Shown one piece after another: positions 1-10,545 of a DNA stretch of 61,472 bases (the stretch's first letter is position 1; the number at the start of each line of letters is the position of its first letter). A program made the position numbers and the translations under genes. The notes beneath the pieces were generated by a model. It ran no database searches. It was given only the letters and a program-made list of their open reading frames with translations, and was not told the DNA's origin. Location of the stretch: assembly GCA_003427395.1 (NCBI GenBank), contig BFEA01000018.1, positions 5,256,891 through 5,318,362 of the forward strand. Direction: 5' to 3'. Source of the stretch: Chara braunii (taxonomy: Eukaryota; Plantae; Charophyceae).

Positions 1-58
1 AAAAAAAAAGTGTGTATGAATTTGTGTGTTTGTGTGTGTGTGAATGTGTGTGTGTGTG

Positions 59-968
59 TGTGAAGGGTCCTTTTTTCTTTTGGGGGGGGGTTGGGGAAAT
101 CCCCCTAACACGGCTCAGACGGCCCATGCAGGCTATCTGAAGGGTCCTCGCAGCCATGTAGCGCAGACCCCCAATGTATTGGGCTCTTTTATTTTTCTTA
201 TTTCAATTTAGAATAAATTCTATTAAGTTAATAAGAAACTCCCCAAAATCAAGGCAGGCAGTGAACATGAAGTAAAGCACGAGCTGGCCGAATATATACT
301 CAAGATTCAAATCCAGGTCTGTGTTTCAGCAATTATGGGTTGCTCACGTAGCTAGGCCGTGTTGGTCTCTGCACGTGATTCTGAGGGCTTGGCTGCACTA
401 CTCACCAAATGTGAAAAACTAGAATGAATCTTATGCAGAACATGGAAAAATATGGCGCCATATATTTTCTCGTTTGTGCATGTGTTTTCTTTTTGCTTGT
501 TTTTCTTTTTTCTCGTTTTTTCTTGTTTTTCTTTTTTCTCGTTTTTCTTTTTTCTCATTTTTTTTTCCTCGTTTTTCTTTTCTTAGGAATACGTGCAGTG
601 GCCCTAAGGGCCTGTACTCACCAAGCGCACAAAAGACAAAACATATGGCGGCGTATTATTCCACGTTCTGCAGAAGATTCATTCTAATTTTGCTCATTTC
701 GTGAGAGCCCTAAGAGTCACGTGCAGAGACCAACACGGCCTAGCTACGTGAGCAACCCATAACTGGTGAAACATAGACCTGAATTCAAATCTTGAGAATA
801 TATTCGGCCAGCTCGTGCTCTACTTCATATTCACTGCCTGCCTTGATTTTGGTGGGGGGTCCTGTGTTACATGGCTCCGAGGACCCTTCAGATAACCTGC
901 ATCGGCCGTCTAAGCTGTGTTAGGGGGATTCCACCACCCCCCCGGAAAAAAAAAAAGAACCGTTCACA
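59..968. mobile_element. Foldback/MITE-like element with long imperfect terminal inverted repeats
   Basis: About 59-482 is the reverse complement of about 624-968 (e.g. gggttgctcacgtagctaggccgtgttggtctctgcacgtga vs tcacgtgcagagaccaacacggcctagctacgtgagcaaccc). The spacer is ~140 bp and T-rich, with no coding capacity. Confidence 0.75.
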
Positions 969-1321
969 TATGGCGGAGGGTGACGCGGTAAGGACCTTTT
1001 TTTTTGCACTTTCGGGGTTTGTTGAATGAAGTCCACCACCCCGTAGTCCGCGACGCGCGCATGCGCCTCCCGAGGTCGCGTTCAATTTTTTTGCGCCACG
1101 CGGCGCGCAACGCGTTTGAACGTGATTGAATGCGGCCCCGCGGGGCATGAACGCGCGTGTTTGAATGTAAACGCGTGCTCGGCACGTTCAACCGGTTGCA
1201 CAGCCTCTGAATGTATCTGGCGTTGTCAATGCGCCAGATACATTCGGATGCTTTGAAGTTTCAATGCATCCGGACCATGAATTTCCTAGAGTAGAGACAT
1301 AAAAACACACAGAGGCGGCAA

Positions 1322-1324
<3 letters not shown>

Positions 1325-1388
<64 letters not shown>

Positions 1389-1592
1389 NNNNNNNNNNNN
1401 NNNNNNNNNNNNNNNNNNNNNNNNNNNNNNNNNNNNNNNNNNNNNNNNNNNNNNNNNNNNNNNNNNNNNNNNNNNNNNNNNNNNNNNNNNNNNNNNNNNN
1501 NNNNNNNNNNNNNNNNNNNNNNNNNNNNNNNNNNNNNNNNNNNNNNNNNNNNNNNNNNNNNNNNNNNNNNNNNNNNNNNNNNNNNNNNNNNN

Positions 1593-1649
<57 letters not shown>

Positions 1650-1666
1650 GACAGATAGAGAGAGAG
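1325..1666. repeat. (AG)n/(TG)n microsatellites flanking an assembly gap
   Basis: Dinucleotide runs on both sides of an N run. Confidence 0.95.
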
Positions 1667-1849
1667 GGCACTATGAAAGACCGAGGTCGCGCCAACCTCC
1701 GACGACGAGACGGATGCGCCGACTGACAACAAAAGGCTTTGAGACGAGTGGGCCCTTGCTCCATTTCTTGCAACAACAACAACCACAACAACGACAACAA
1801 CAAAAAAAAAAGAAAAAAAAAAGAAACTAGCTGAAGATTGTTCAAGAAA

Positions 1850-4800
1850 ACAAATAAAAAAGAAAAATTCTACATATCATTGGGAGATGGTATTCGAGGG
1901 GATATCATCACCGATTTAGATGAAACCTTCCTGAAAGAAAGATCTATCTTTTCGAGATTCATCTAGGAATCCATGAGGATGCCCTGGGACACCCAACTAA
2001 TGCAGGGGAACCACTGTCAACCACATCAAAGAAACAACTGCAATTTCCATCCAGTTGGGGGGAATGGCAACAGGGGTAAGTGGACAGTAGGTTGCGGGTC
2101 GCCTCCTGGAATGTCCGGGGCTTGGTCGACTCCAGCGGCAAATTCAAACGTGCCAGATTGAAATCATGGATCCACATAGAACATGCTATGATAACAATGC
2201 TCCAAGAAACGAAACTGAGCGAGGAAAGACAAACCTCAATGGAGCAGTGGTGGGCTGGACTGTAGTTTTGGGCTCCAACCCAAGGTACAAGAGGGGGCAC
2301 AGGCATCATGGTACATATAAAACTCCAAGCCTGTGTGCGAGAAACCTGCAACGACCCCCTTGGCCAATGGGTGTGGGTGCGAATGCAAATCAATAACCAA
2401 GACTGGTGCTTCATGTCAGTCTACTCTCCATCAGACCACAACCAAAAAATCCCCTTCCTACTTTCACTCAAAGATCACTTACCGCAATCCGAGTTCTTAG
2501 TCATTGGAGGGGACTGGGATACGGTCCCAATCCCAAACATGGATTTCTAAACCCCTCTATCTCATAATCTCACCTTAAAGAGGCAGTCGTCCTTTCTGAC
2601 TTCATAATAGACGACGAACTGTTTGACCCCTTTCATTTGAAACATCAACAAGAAAGAGACTTCAAATGGGTCTCTTCCACCCCATCCAGCGACAAGGGAT
2701 ACGCTAGGCGAAGATTGGACATTATCTTCACAAACCAAGAGGTCATGCAATTAGTGGCAGAAACACATATCATACCGGACCCATTGTCAGATCATAAACC
2801 AGTAATAGTAACCTTCACCATGAATACCCAGGTCATGAGAGGGCGAGGCCTGTTCAGGCTAAACCTTGACGTGCTAGAGGACTCAGGAATATTAAATTGG
2901 GTTTGGAGAACATGGGAGGAATGGCGATGTAACACCGACCTTTTTGAAAGTGACGGGGAGTGGCTAGACAAAGGCCTTACCCTGATCTCAGGACAACTCA
3001 ACATTATCTCAAGGGTCAAAGCCACAAACAGGAAATACGAAGAAATCAAATTAGGAAGGAAAATTGAAAAGGCAGAAAAAAAGGACCTGGACTGTTACTT
3101 CTCGGAGTGCGTATGGGCGCGGAGAAGGACCCGTCGACTTCAGGAATGGCAAAAGTTACAAAAGCATAATCTGTGGGAGAAATACAGAACCATAGACAAA
3201 ATCACACAGACAAACATAATGAACAAAAAAACGTTTGCTGCAGCTAAATTAAGAAGCGGGAACCCACTCATGGTCGAGATGAAACACCCATCAGACCAGA
3301 CACGGCCTACGGCGAGAAGGTCCGAGGACATCTGCAACTATGTGCGGACCTTCTACAAGGAACTACTAACATCTGAAAGGGAACAGGGAGCACCTTTGGT
3401 CCCACCTGACTTGGAACAACTATTGTGGAGCTCCACTAGGAATCAGAAAAGATAATTTTGGATAAGCCAATCACCATGAAGGAACTAACTGAAGCGGCCA
3501 ACAGTATGGCCAAAGGTAAATGCCCAGGCCCAGACGGCCTCCCAGTGGAATTCTTTCTAAGATTTTAGGTCCTACTTGCCCCCGATCTACTCAGAGTATT
3601 CAACCAAGTACTCTTAGATGCCCCCTTAGGTCCTAGAATTGCAGAGGGCATAATCACACTATTTCATAAGAAAGAGGATACTAGGAGCGACATTAGAAAC
3701 TATCGCCCTATCTCACTACTAAACGTCTCAGGCAAAATCTTGGCTAAGACGCTCTCCAGAAGATTATCCCCCATCCTACGGAAAGTAGTTTGCCTCGACA
3801 AATCTGGTTTTGTCCCTGGGCGACAAGTGCTGGATAATGTGATGACGGTTTCACACACAATTGACTGGATCAACAGAAATAATCTTAACAAAGCAGTAAT
3901 TTTGATCAGTTTCCAAAAGGCTTATGATCGAGTTAATTAGGATTTTGTCCAAGCCGTGCTGGAAAAGTTCGGTTTGGGCAAAATTTCAGAAAACTTGTCA
4001 GAGTTCTGTTTTGTAGAGCAAGTGGGAGAGTATTAGTGAATGGCTTCGTTTCAGAGTCATTCTCGGCTACTAGATCCCTAAGGCAAGGGTGCCCTTTGGC
4101 ACCCTCGCTCTTTGTAATCCAATTTAATTTAGAAATACTACTAAATATGGTAAGAAATCACCCGTTCTTCAAGGGTCTCCCCATACCACCCAACTTATCA
4201 ATTTCAGTCTCAGCACTAGCCGATGACTTCACTGCCATTACTGAAAACTCCATTGAATCTCTAGTTGCCTTACAACAATGTATCAACACCTATGAAGTGG
4301 CCTTGGAGATGAGAGTGAGCTGGTAAAAATCAGTGGCACTCACTCCCCAGGGGTCAGCGCTAGCTCTAGACCTAGGCACAGTCAAAGCCGCCATGGTGGA
4401 GAATAAAATCAGAGACGCTTGTTCCCAATGGTCTAAAGCACACTTTCTCTCTCTGTTCGAACGAGCAATGGTCATAAACACCGCAATTTTATCAAAATCC
4501 TGGTATGTTCTATCCATCAGAGGAATCCCGTCGGGAACAGCAACTAACATTCGTAGATTCCTTACTCGATTCCCGTGGAAAGGTGATTATGAAGCCCAAT
4601 CTGCTCTAAGCAAGGTAACTTAGGAAACGATTACGGAAAAGCGCAAGGATGGAAAAGCGCAAGGATAGAGCCCTCACAGCAACGGGAGATCAGCCTTGGA
4701 TCAACATGGCGCAACAGTTACTGGCAAGAGACTGGGGTCTCAGGGACCCCAGAGCAGTTTGGTATGCCAGGCTAATGCCATCCTTCACAGCGAGAACGGT

Positions 4801-5215
4801 CTCCCCCTCGTGGAGGGAAATCATGAAAGCATGGCACAAGATCCTGCCACAGACAATTGAGCATCCAAACATGAAAGAGGAGGTTACCGTACTGGCCACC
4901 TGCTTATTCGAGAATCCAGCAATCAAAGACGGCCGGCAACTACCCCTCTCAACATCCAAAACTCCGGGTAGTTTCGGCCTGAAATGGATGCAGAGAGGAA
5001 TCTGGTTGATCAGGCACATATGGGACAATGGTTTCCAGCCCTATCATATGCCGAGATGCTAGAATTACTAGAAGTACGCTTTTTTGGAAAGGAAGCTGGA
5101 CCTGGTTTCCAGCCAGTTTTCTATCTCTTCTTACGAGGACACTGGACCTGCTTTCCAGTCTGATACCCAAGATAGGATGCTGGACCTGTTTTTCAGCAAT
5201 CCGGGTTGAATTGTG
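1850..5215 (+). mobile_element. Degenerate non-LTR retrotransposon (LINE, L1/Tx1-like)
   Basis: Collinear APE endonuclease and RT motifs across several broken ORFs. The 5' boundary is uncertain. An A-rich tract follows at 5261-5310. Confidence 0.9.
2080..5215 (+). pseudogene. LINE ORF2 (APE endonuclease + reverse transcriptase), multiple stops/frameshifts
   Basis: APE motifs: LRVASWNVRGL, LQETKL, IGGDWD, RRLDIIF, SDHKPV. RT motifs: KCPGPDGLPVEFF, NYRPISLLN, GFVPGRQVLDNV, FQKAYDRVN, LRQGCPLAPSLF, ALADD (YADD position). Downstream: LSLFERAMVINTAILSKSWY. Confidence 0.92.
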
Positions 5216-5499
5216 AGGTCCCCGGCCTCTGTTCTTGTCCTTTTAATACCAAGCAAAGTTAAAAAAAAAAAAAAAAAAGGGAAAAAAATGAAAAAGAAAA
5301 ACGAAAAAACGGCCAACCCTGCGACCCTCCCAGACCCCGTTTTTCTTTTCTTCTTCATTTCGGATTTCCCAAAGGAGAAATGCCGGGCGCCGGCCACAAA
5401 CAACGCCGCACAACCTCTGCAGACTACCGCTGGTCGTTCCCTTTTTGCCTCTGCTAGGACAACCCGAATGACCGGTCCGGCTTATGACGACGACCGCAC

Positions 5500-6760
5500 T
5501 CCTCCACTCCATTTTCCTGCCCCCTCTGGGCCTATCTAAACCCCTGAAAGAGTCGGCGACATACCCGATCCGAAACTCCGTGCGCGCCAAAAACGCAATC
5601 GGGTATAGCGCAGCCTCCTGGCTGCGAACTTCTGCTGGCCCTTCCACCATAACATCCCTCTCTTCATGAAATTCAATGCACCTTATTGTCCATATGCCCT
5701 GCGGAATCAATTGGCTACAAAGCCCCGCACTCTGTAGGCCGGGCTGTGTGCCAGCAGTAAAACCTTGCAGTCCCAGGATCGGCTACTACTAGTGGGTCCC
5801 CCTTTTCGCCATCTCCAGATTCTGGCCTGGACCCCACTGGCGGCTGCTGGTAGCTTGGCGTCTGGAAAACATCCGCCAGCCCAAATCTTAGCCGACAAAA
5901 AAAATGGGCAAGTGAAATGGGACTCCACCGCCACAGCAGATTTCACCACCTCCGCAGGTTCAGGTAACCAGATCAGGAACTTCAAGGCTTGCGTGAGGCA
6001 AGTCTGCCTTCTCTTTTCCAGCACACCATCCATCCCTGTGTGCCTCCTTTCCGCACAGAATCATCATGGCTGAATCAGGAGGGTAGCCCCCAGGCCACCG
6101 TCTAGATTCAGCCATGATCCTGTGCGGAAAGGAGACACGGCGATTGGATGTTGTCCTGAAAAAGTGGAGGTAGGCAGAGTAGAAACCAAAATGCTTGCTT
6201 TTGCCCCCACGGGTGGAGTTTCAAAAAAAATCTTCCAGAGGCTTCCAACTTGGCCGAAAGCAGTGGGGTCCAGGCCTCTATCTCACCATGGTCTCCATCA
6301 GGGCACCGCTCAAGGGCAAGAAAAACAGGTTCTCTATTGTTGTTGTTGTTGTTGTTGTTTCCCTGAACTTTCTATGTGTGAAGCTTGCTTGGCAGCACTT
6401 AAACCAATGCAGTAATTCCTAAAGTGGTGCCCGTTAACAAGAGCCACGCTTTTAGGAAATGTACGGGCCACTACACGAGCGCCCAAATTCATCCCACTAG
6501 AAATGTTTCTACTCTTTTTTTTTCCCTTCCCGAGGCCGATAGCTGGGCCAAGTACTGGTGGTTTAAACCATTGACGCAAGATACCTTGCTGCTCAGGGCG
6601 TGAGTGTGATCAACCAACCAATCCTTCGCAGGAAGGCACCTGTGTGCAATCTGCCATTGAAGGGCTGCTGATTTTGCTGGCTTGCTGGTGTAGTGTAGTC
6701 TTCGAAAAGCCGCTTTCCTCGTCAGCTCGTTCGTTCTGTATGAAGATGTCTCACCCACCG
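5500..6760 (-). pseudogene. Probable C-terminal (zf-RVT-like) fragment of a second LINE ORF2
   Basis: Minus-strand peptides KSAALQWQIAHRCLPAKDWL (resembles the zf-RVT W-x-I-x-H-x-x-LP motif) and CLTQALKFLIWL. Heavily decayed and interrupted by (GTT)n. Confidence 0.45.
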
Positions 6761-7186
6761 ACGGCGTTCTCTCAACTGACAAACAAAGGCCCTCATTTTT
6801 TAACACCATTTTGTAATACTGTGGAGTTTTCACTGTGACAGTCATATTAGTGTGTGGTTAAATGTAGGTGATTAACTTATTTTTCCACTCTTTCTGTCCC
6901 ATTTGCATTCATTCTTGGGTGTGAAACCGTCGTTCCCTGATCTGGTCTGATTCTGTCTCCACCCTTCTACCCCTGCGACAACTCTACCACGTGCATCATG
7001 CCACTCATGTGCACATCACTGAGTTGGCATGGCATTGCCCCTCAGCCTCAGGGCATACTTCAGAATCTGGCTTGATTTGCCATCAAAGTTCGTCAAATGC
7101 ATCCAGGGAAGTGGCAGCGAAAGAGTGGGGTATGTCAGCTCAGGGAGGGTGCAACTTCTCAGATCTACTCACGTCACAGACGCTAC

Positions 7187-7226
<40 letters not shown>

Positions 7227-7630
7227 NNNNNNNNNNNNNNNNNNNNNNNNNNNNNNNNNNNNNNNNNNNNNNNNNNNNNNNNNNNNNNNNNNNNNNNNNN
7301 NNNNNNNNNNNNNNNNNNNNNNNNNNNNNNNNNNNNNNNNNNNNNNNNNNNNNNNNNNNNNNNNNNNNNNNNNNNNNNNNNNNNNNNNNNNNNNNNNNNN
7401 NNNNNNNNNNNNNNNNNNNNNNNNNNNNNNNNNNNNNNNNNNNNNNNNNNNNNNNNNNNNNNNNNNNNNNNNNNNNNNNNNNNNNNNNNNNNNNNNNNNN
7501 NNNNNNNNNNNNNNNNNNNNNNNNNNNNNNNACAAAGCTCCATTCTATTGGTGGAGTCCTCTAGCTGTGACTACTACTTCAGTAGAAAGATTCCAAGGTA
7601 CGACTCGGAAATCAAGCTAACAAGATCATC

Positions 7631-8096
7631 TGTAATGACCCGCAAAACACAGATTCAGTCTGAGAACACTCATGATTTCTGAGTTTTGCTGCTGGAATGT
7701 GTGCTGTTCCGGCAGCAAGCTTTCTGCTGAGATTCTAAGTCTGTGTGTGTGTGCATGCTTGCTGGTTTCCCGGTTTCCTGGTTTCTGTGTGCCTGTCTGA
7801 GTGCAAGTGTCTGCCTGAGTGTGTGGGTGACCCCTCAGGGTACTTGTTTGTTTGGGAGGCTCTAGGGGCTGGGACTTACCTGTGGCCATGACTTTTTGAG
7901 GGTTGCAAGGGCGGGGACACTCGAGTAGCGTAGGCCCATGTAGCTTAGGGTAGTACTTGAGTAGCGGTAGGCCTAGCAGAAGAAGACAAAAAGTTAGTAC
8001 ATTTAGATTCCCATGAATTTTGGAGAGTCTGGTAGGCCTAGGTCTAGGTACCAGTCCTGACGTCTGAGTCTAGGTCCTGTAGCGGACGATATCACA
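7631..8096 (+). repeat. Candidate LTR (solo or 5' LTR)
   Basis: Begins TGTAATGACCC and ends GATATCACA (TG...CA with TGTRAT inverted termini). No matching second LTR, clear PBS or TSD found in the window. Confidence 0.35.
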
Positions 8097-8196
8097 CCTG
8101 CAATGATGTTTCCCTGCGAAAGGGAGGAGGTACCGGTTGCTTGGGAGGCCGTGCGGCCTGGAAGTCACCGCCCAAGAGGCTGGTTGCCGGCTATAA

Positions 8197-8227
<31 letters not shown>

Positions 8228-8389
8228 TGGGACAATGCTCCAATCTATTCGTGGGGAGCCGCACATACTGGGAACCGGGCCCAGCGTCCCATTTGGAACA
8301 TGAAACATATTTGAGAGCACATACAGAAAACAATTTTGAGATACCGGGACTTCAACCCGGCTTTGTGTGAAGAATAAGATCATGAGCAA

Positions 8390-10328
8390 TTACTAGCCTA
8401 TTCGCTGAAGAAACCCAGAAGATAGGCTAAAATTAAGAAAAAGTAGGCTAAAATTAAGAAAAAGTTTGAAAAAGTGGTGAGCGGAACGAGTGAGTATACC
8501 AATGATAAGTTCTCATTGCATGTCGTAGGGAAGTTAGATGGACCGGTGGCCTGTGTAGTGATACAATTAGAACACCTAACGAGGCTCAGTGTGATCGAGG
8601 AAGCAGAGTGCACTCGACAAGCGGTGAGGAAAGCGTGAAAGACCGGGCTCTGGGTAGGAGAGGAGAGCGTGCGTATGATTAAGTACGTACTATGCATATC
8701 TCCCTTCGATGAGCGACCCTTGAGGAGGGTGTGGCGCGAGACCCCTAGAGAGGCTAAGAGATTCCTAGAGAGTGAGGCGGAAGTGGCTGGAGAGTTAGCA
8801 GGGGCCATAGTAGACAGCTCCGTTCTCAGAATGCTCAAAGCTCATAACCGGTACTAGAACGAGTACCTTAAGACCTTAGCAGATGTTGAAGATTTTGGGG
8901 ATATAGACGACTTCGAGTCGTTTTACGTATTCTTAGAGGATTCTGCGGACAGAGTCTTGTTGGCCCTAGTGCTAATCGCGATGGAATGCTAGGTGTTCAT
9001 GGAGACGGATGAGAGATGCCACTACCGGAGGAGGATTTAGCGCGAAGAAGGCGGAAGTTTTCGGGATGGAGCGGACCCAGTAAACTTGACCACAAGAAAG
9101 TACTCCGAAGTTTGAGCGCGATTAGCAGAAGGGAAATCTTTCCCTACGAGGTAGTCAGGTATCCGGAAGCAAACAACGGCTGGGACAAAAATCAGTTTTA
9201 TGTAATGACCGTATATTTTCCTGACTTAGGAGTATACCATGTAGGTATATATTTACCTAGGGAGCGCGAGGAGTTTTGTGCCTACAAGCGGTGCTGGAGG
9301 ATAGCCGCATGGAAGTTGAGGGAAGAGAAGAACAGATTGGAGGACTTGGGAAAGACTGTCAAGGTCTGCGACGACATCTCAATTTTTGACGACCTGCCTA
9401 GGCCGCCGATTCCGGACAGAGGACTGGGGCGGAACGGATGGGAGGGAATAGTAGATTTTGCCAAGACAGTCACGTCGAAGGATGAGCCCAGGAAGTCGAC
9501 AAGGAATGAATAGGATGAAGGGATGAGCGAAGGGAGAGTTATCTCTGATTGTGAATTGCAGTTGAGAAGAGAGAGATTTCTTGTCGGGAACAGACCATCC
9601 GAGGAGAGATTAGCGACTATATGTGGCCTGTTGAGTTCGCTAGGGAGGAGAGAGCAATTCCATATGAGGTAGAGAGGTACGAACTTGTGGATAGCGGATG
9701 GGAGGAAATACGTCTATATGTGATGACTGCAAGGTTTATTCGTTTAGACGTAATATATGATGTGGGGATCTATCTACCTAGGGAGATGGAAGTAGATCTT
9801 GTGTACGACCGATGTTGGAAGCGTGCAGAAGAAGTTGTGGAAGGCGAAAGAGATAGGCTACTATCGTTGGTGAGAAACATTAACTGGAACACGCGGATAA
9901 TGATCTTTGAAGGACTTCCTAAACCTCCAACTTCGTATCAGATTGGACAAAAAAAAAACTTTGGCACTGTGGTTGAACTCGCCTAACGACATCAGGAGTT
10001 GATGGCAAGAGGAGGTGAGTACCCACTGGTAGGAGCCAACGTCGTACTGCAAGGGTTAAGCGATCTGGAGAGGAGGACATCTATGGATTTACGAGAGTGT
10101 TTGCAAGCTTGTACTCGCGAGGGGTTACGCGCTATAGGGAGTGCGATTTGTAGGGGAGTCAGGTGCCCCGAGACAGGAGTGTTAGGAGTCAGGAGAGGTG
10201 TCGTATGTATAGAAGGACCAGAGGGGCAACTTTTCCTTGACACGGGGGTACTAGGTATTGAAGGAACGCACGAGATCCGAAATGAGAGCGGAAGACTGAC
10301 GGTGATTTTGAGGGCGGTTGAGAGTTAA
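8390..10328 (+). pseudogene. Extra ORF(s) upstream of gag, unknown function, with two tandem copies of a ~165-aa domain
   Basis: ORFs 8669, 9016, 9621 and 9999 chain through single stops or frameshifts. Copy 1: RRE-IFPYEVVRY...YVMT...VGIYLPRE...YKRCW...IFDDLPRPP. Copy 2: RRE-QFPYEVERY...YVMT...VGIYLPRE...YDRCW...IFEGLPKPP. Confidence 0.7.
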
Positions 10329-10353
10329 ATTTAGTTTTTTAGAGGCAAGACTA

Positions 10354-10481
10354 GTTCTGACATCAGGTCCGGGCTGTCGGTTCTGACATTAGGTCTAGGC
10401 TGTCGTTTCTGACATCAGGTCCGGGCTGCCGGTTCTGACATCAGGTCCGGGCTGCCGGTTCTGACATTAGGTCCGGGCTGC
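10354..10481 (+). repeat. 26-bp tandem repeat x ~5 (gttctgacatcaggtccgggctgccg)
   Basis: Read directly. Lies between the extra-ORF stop (10328) and the gag ATG (10546). Confidence 0.9.
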
Positions 10482-10545
10482 TTGTTCGTGGGATAAGGAT
10501 AATAGACTCGCGATACAAACTCAAACCAGAAGGGGAGTAAAGTGT

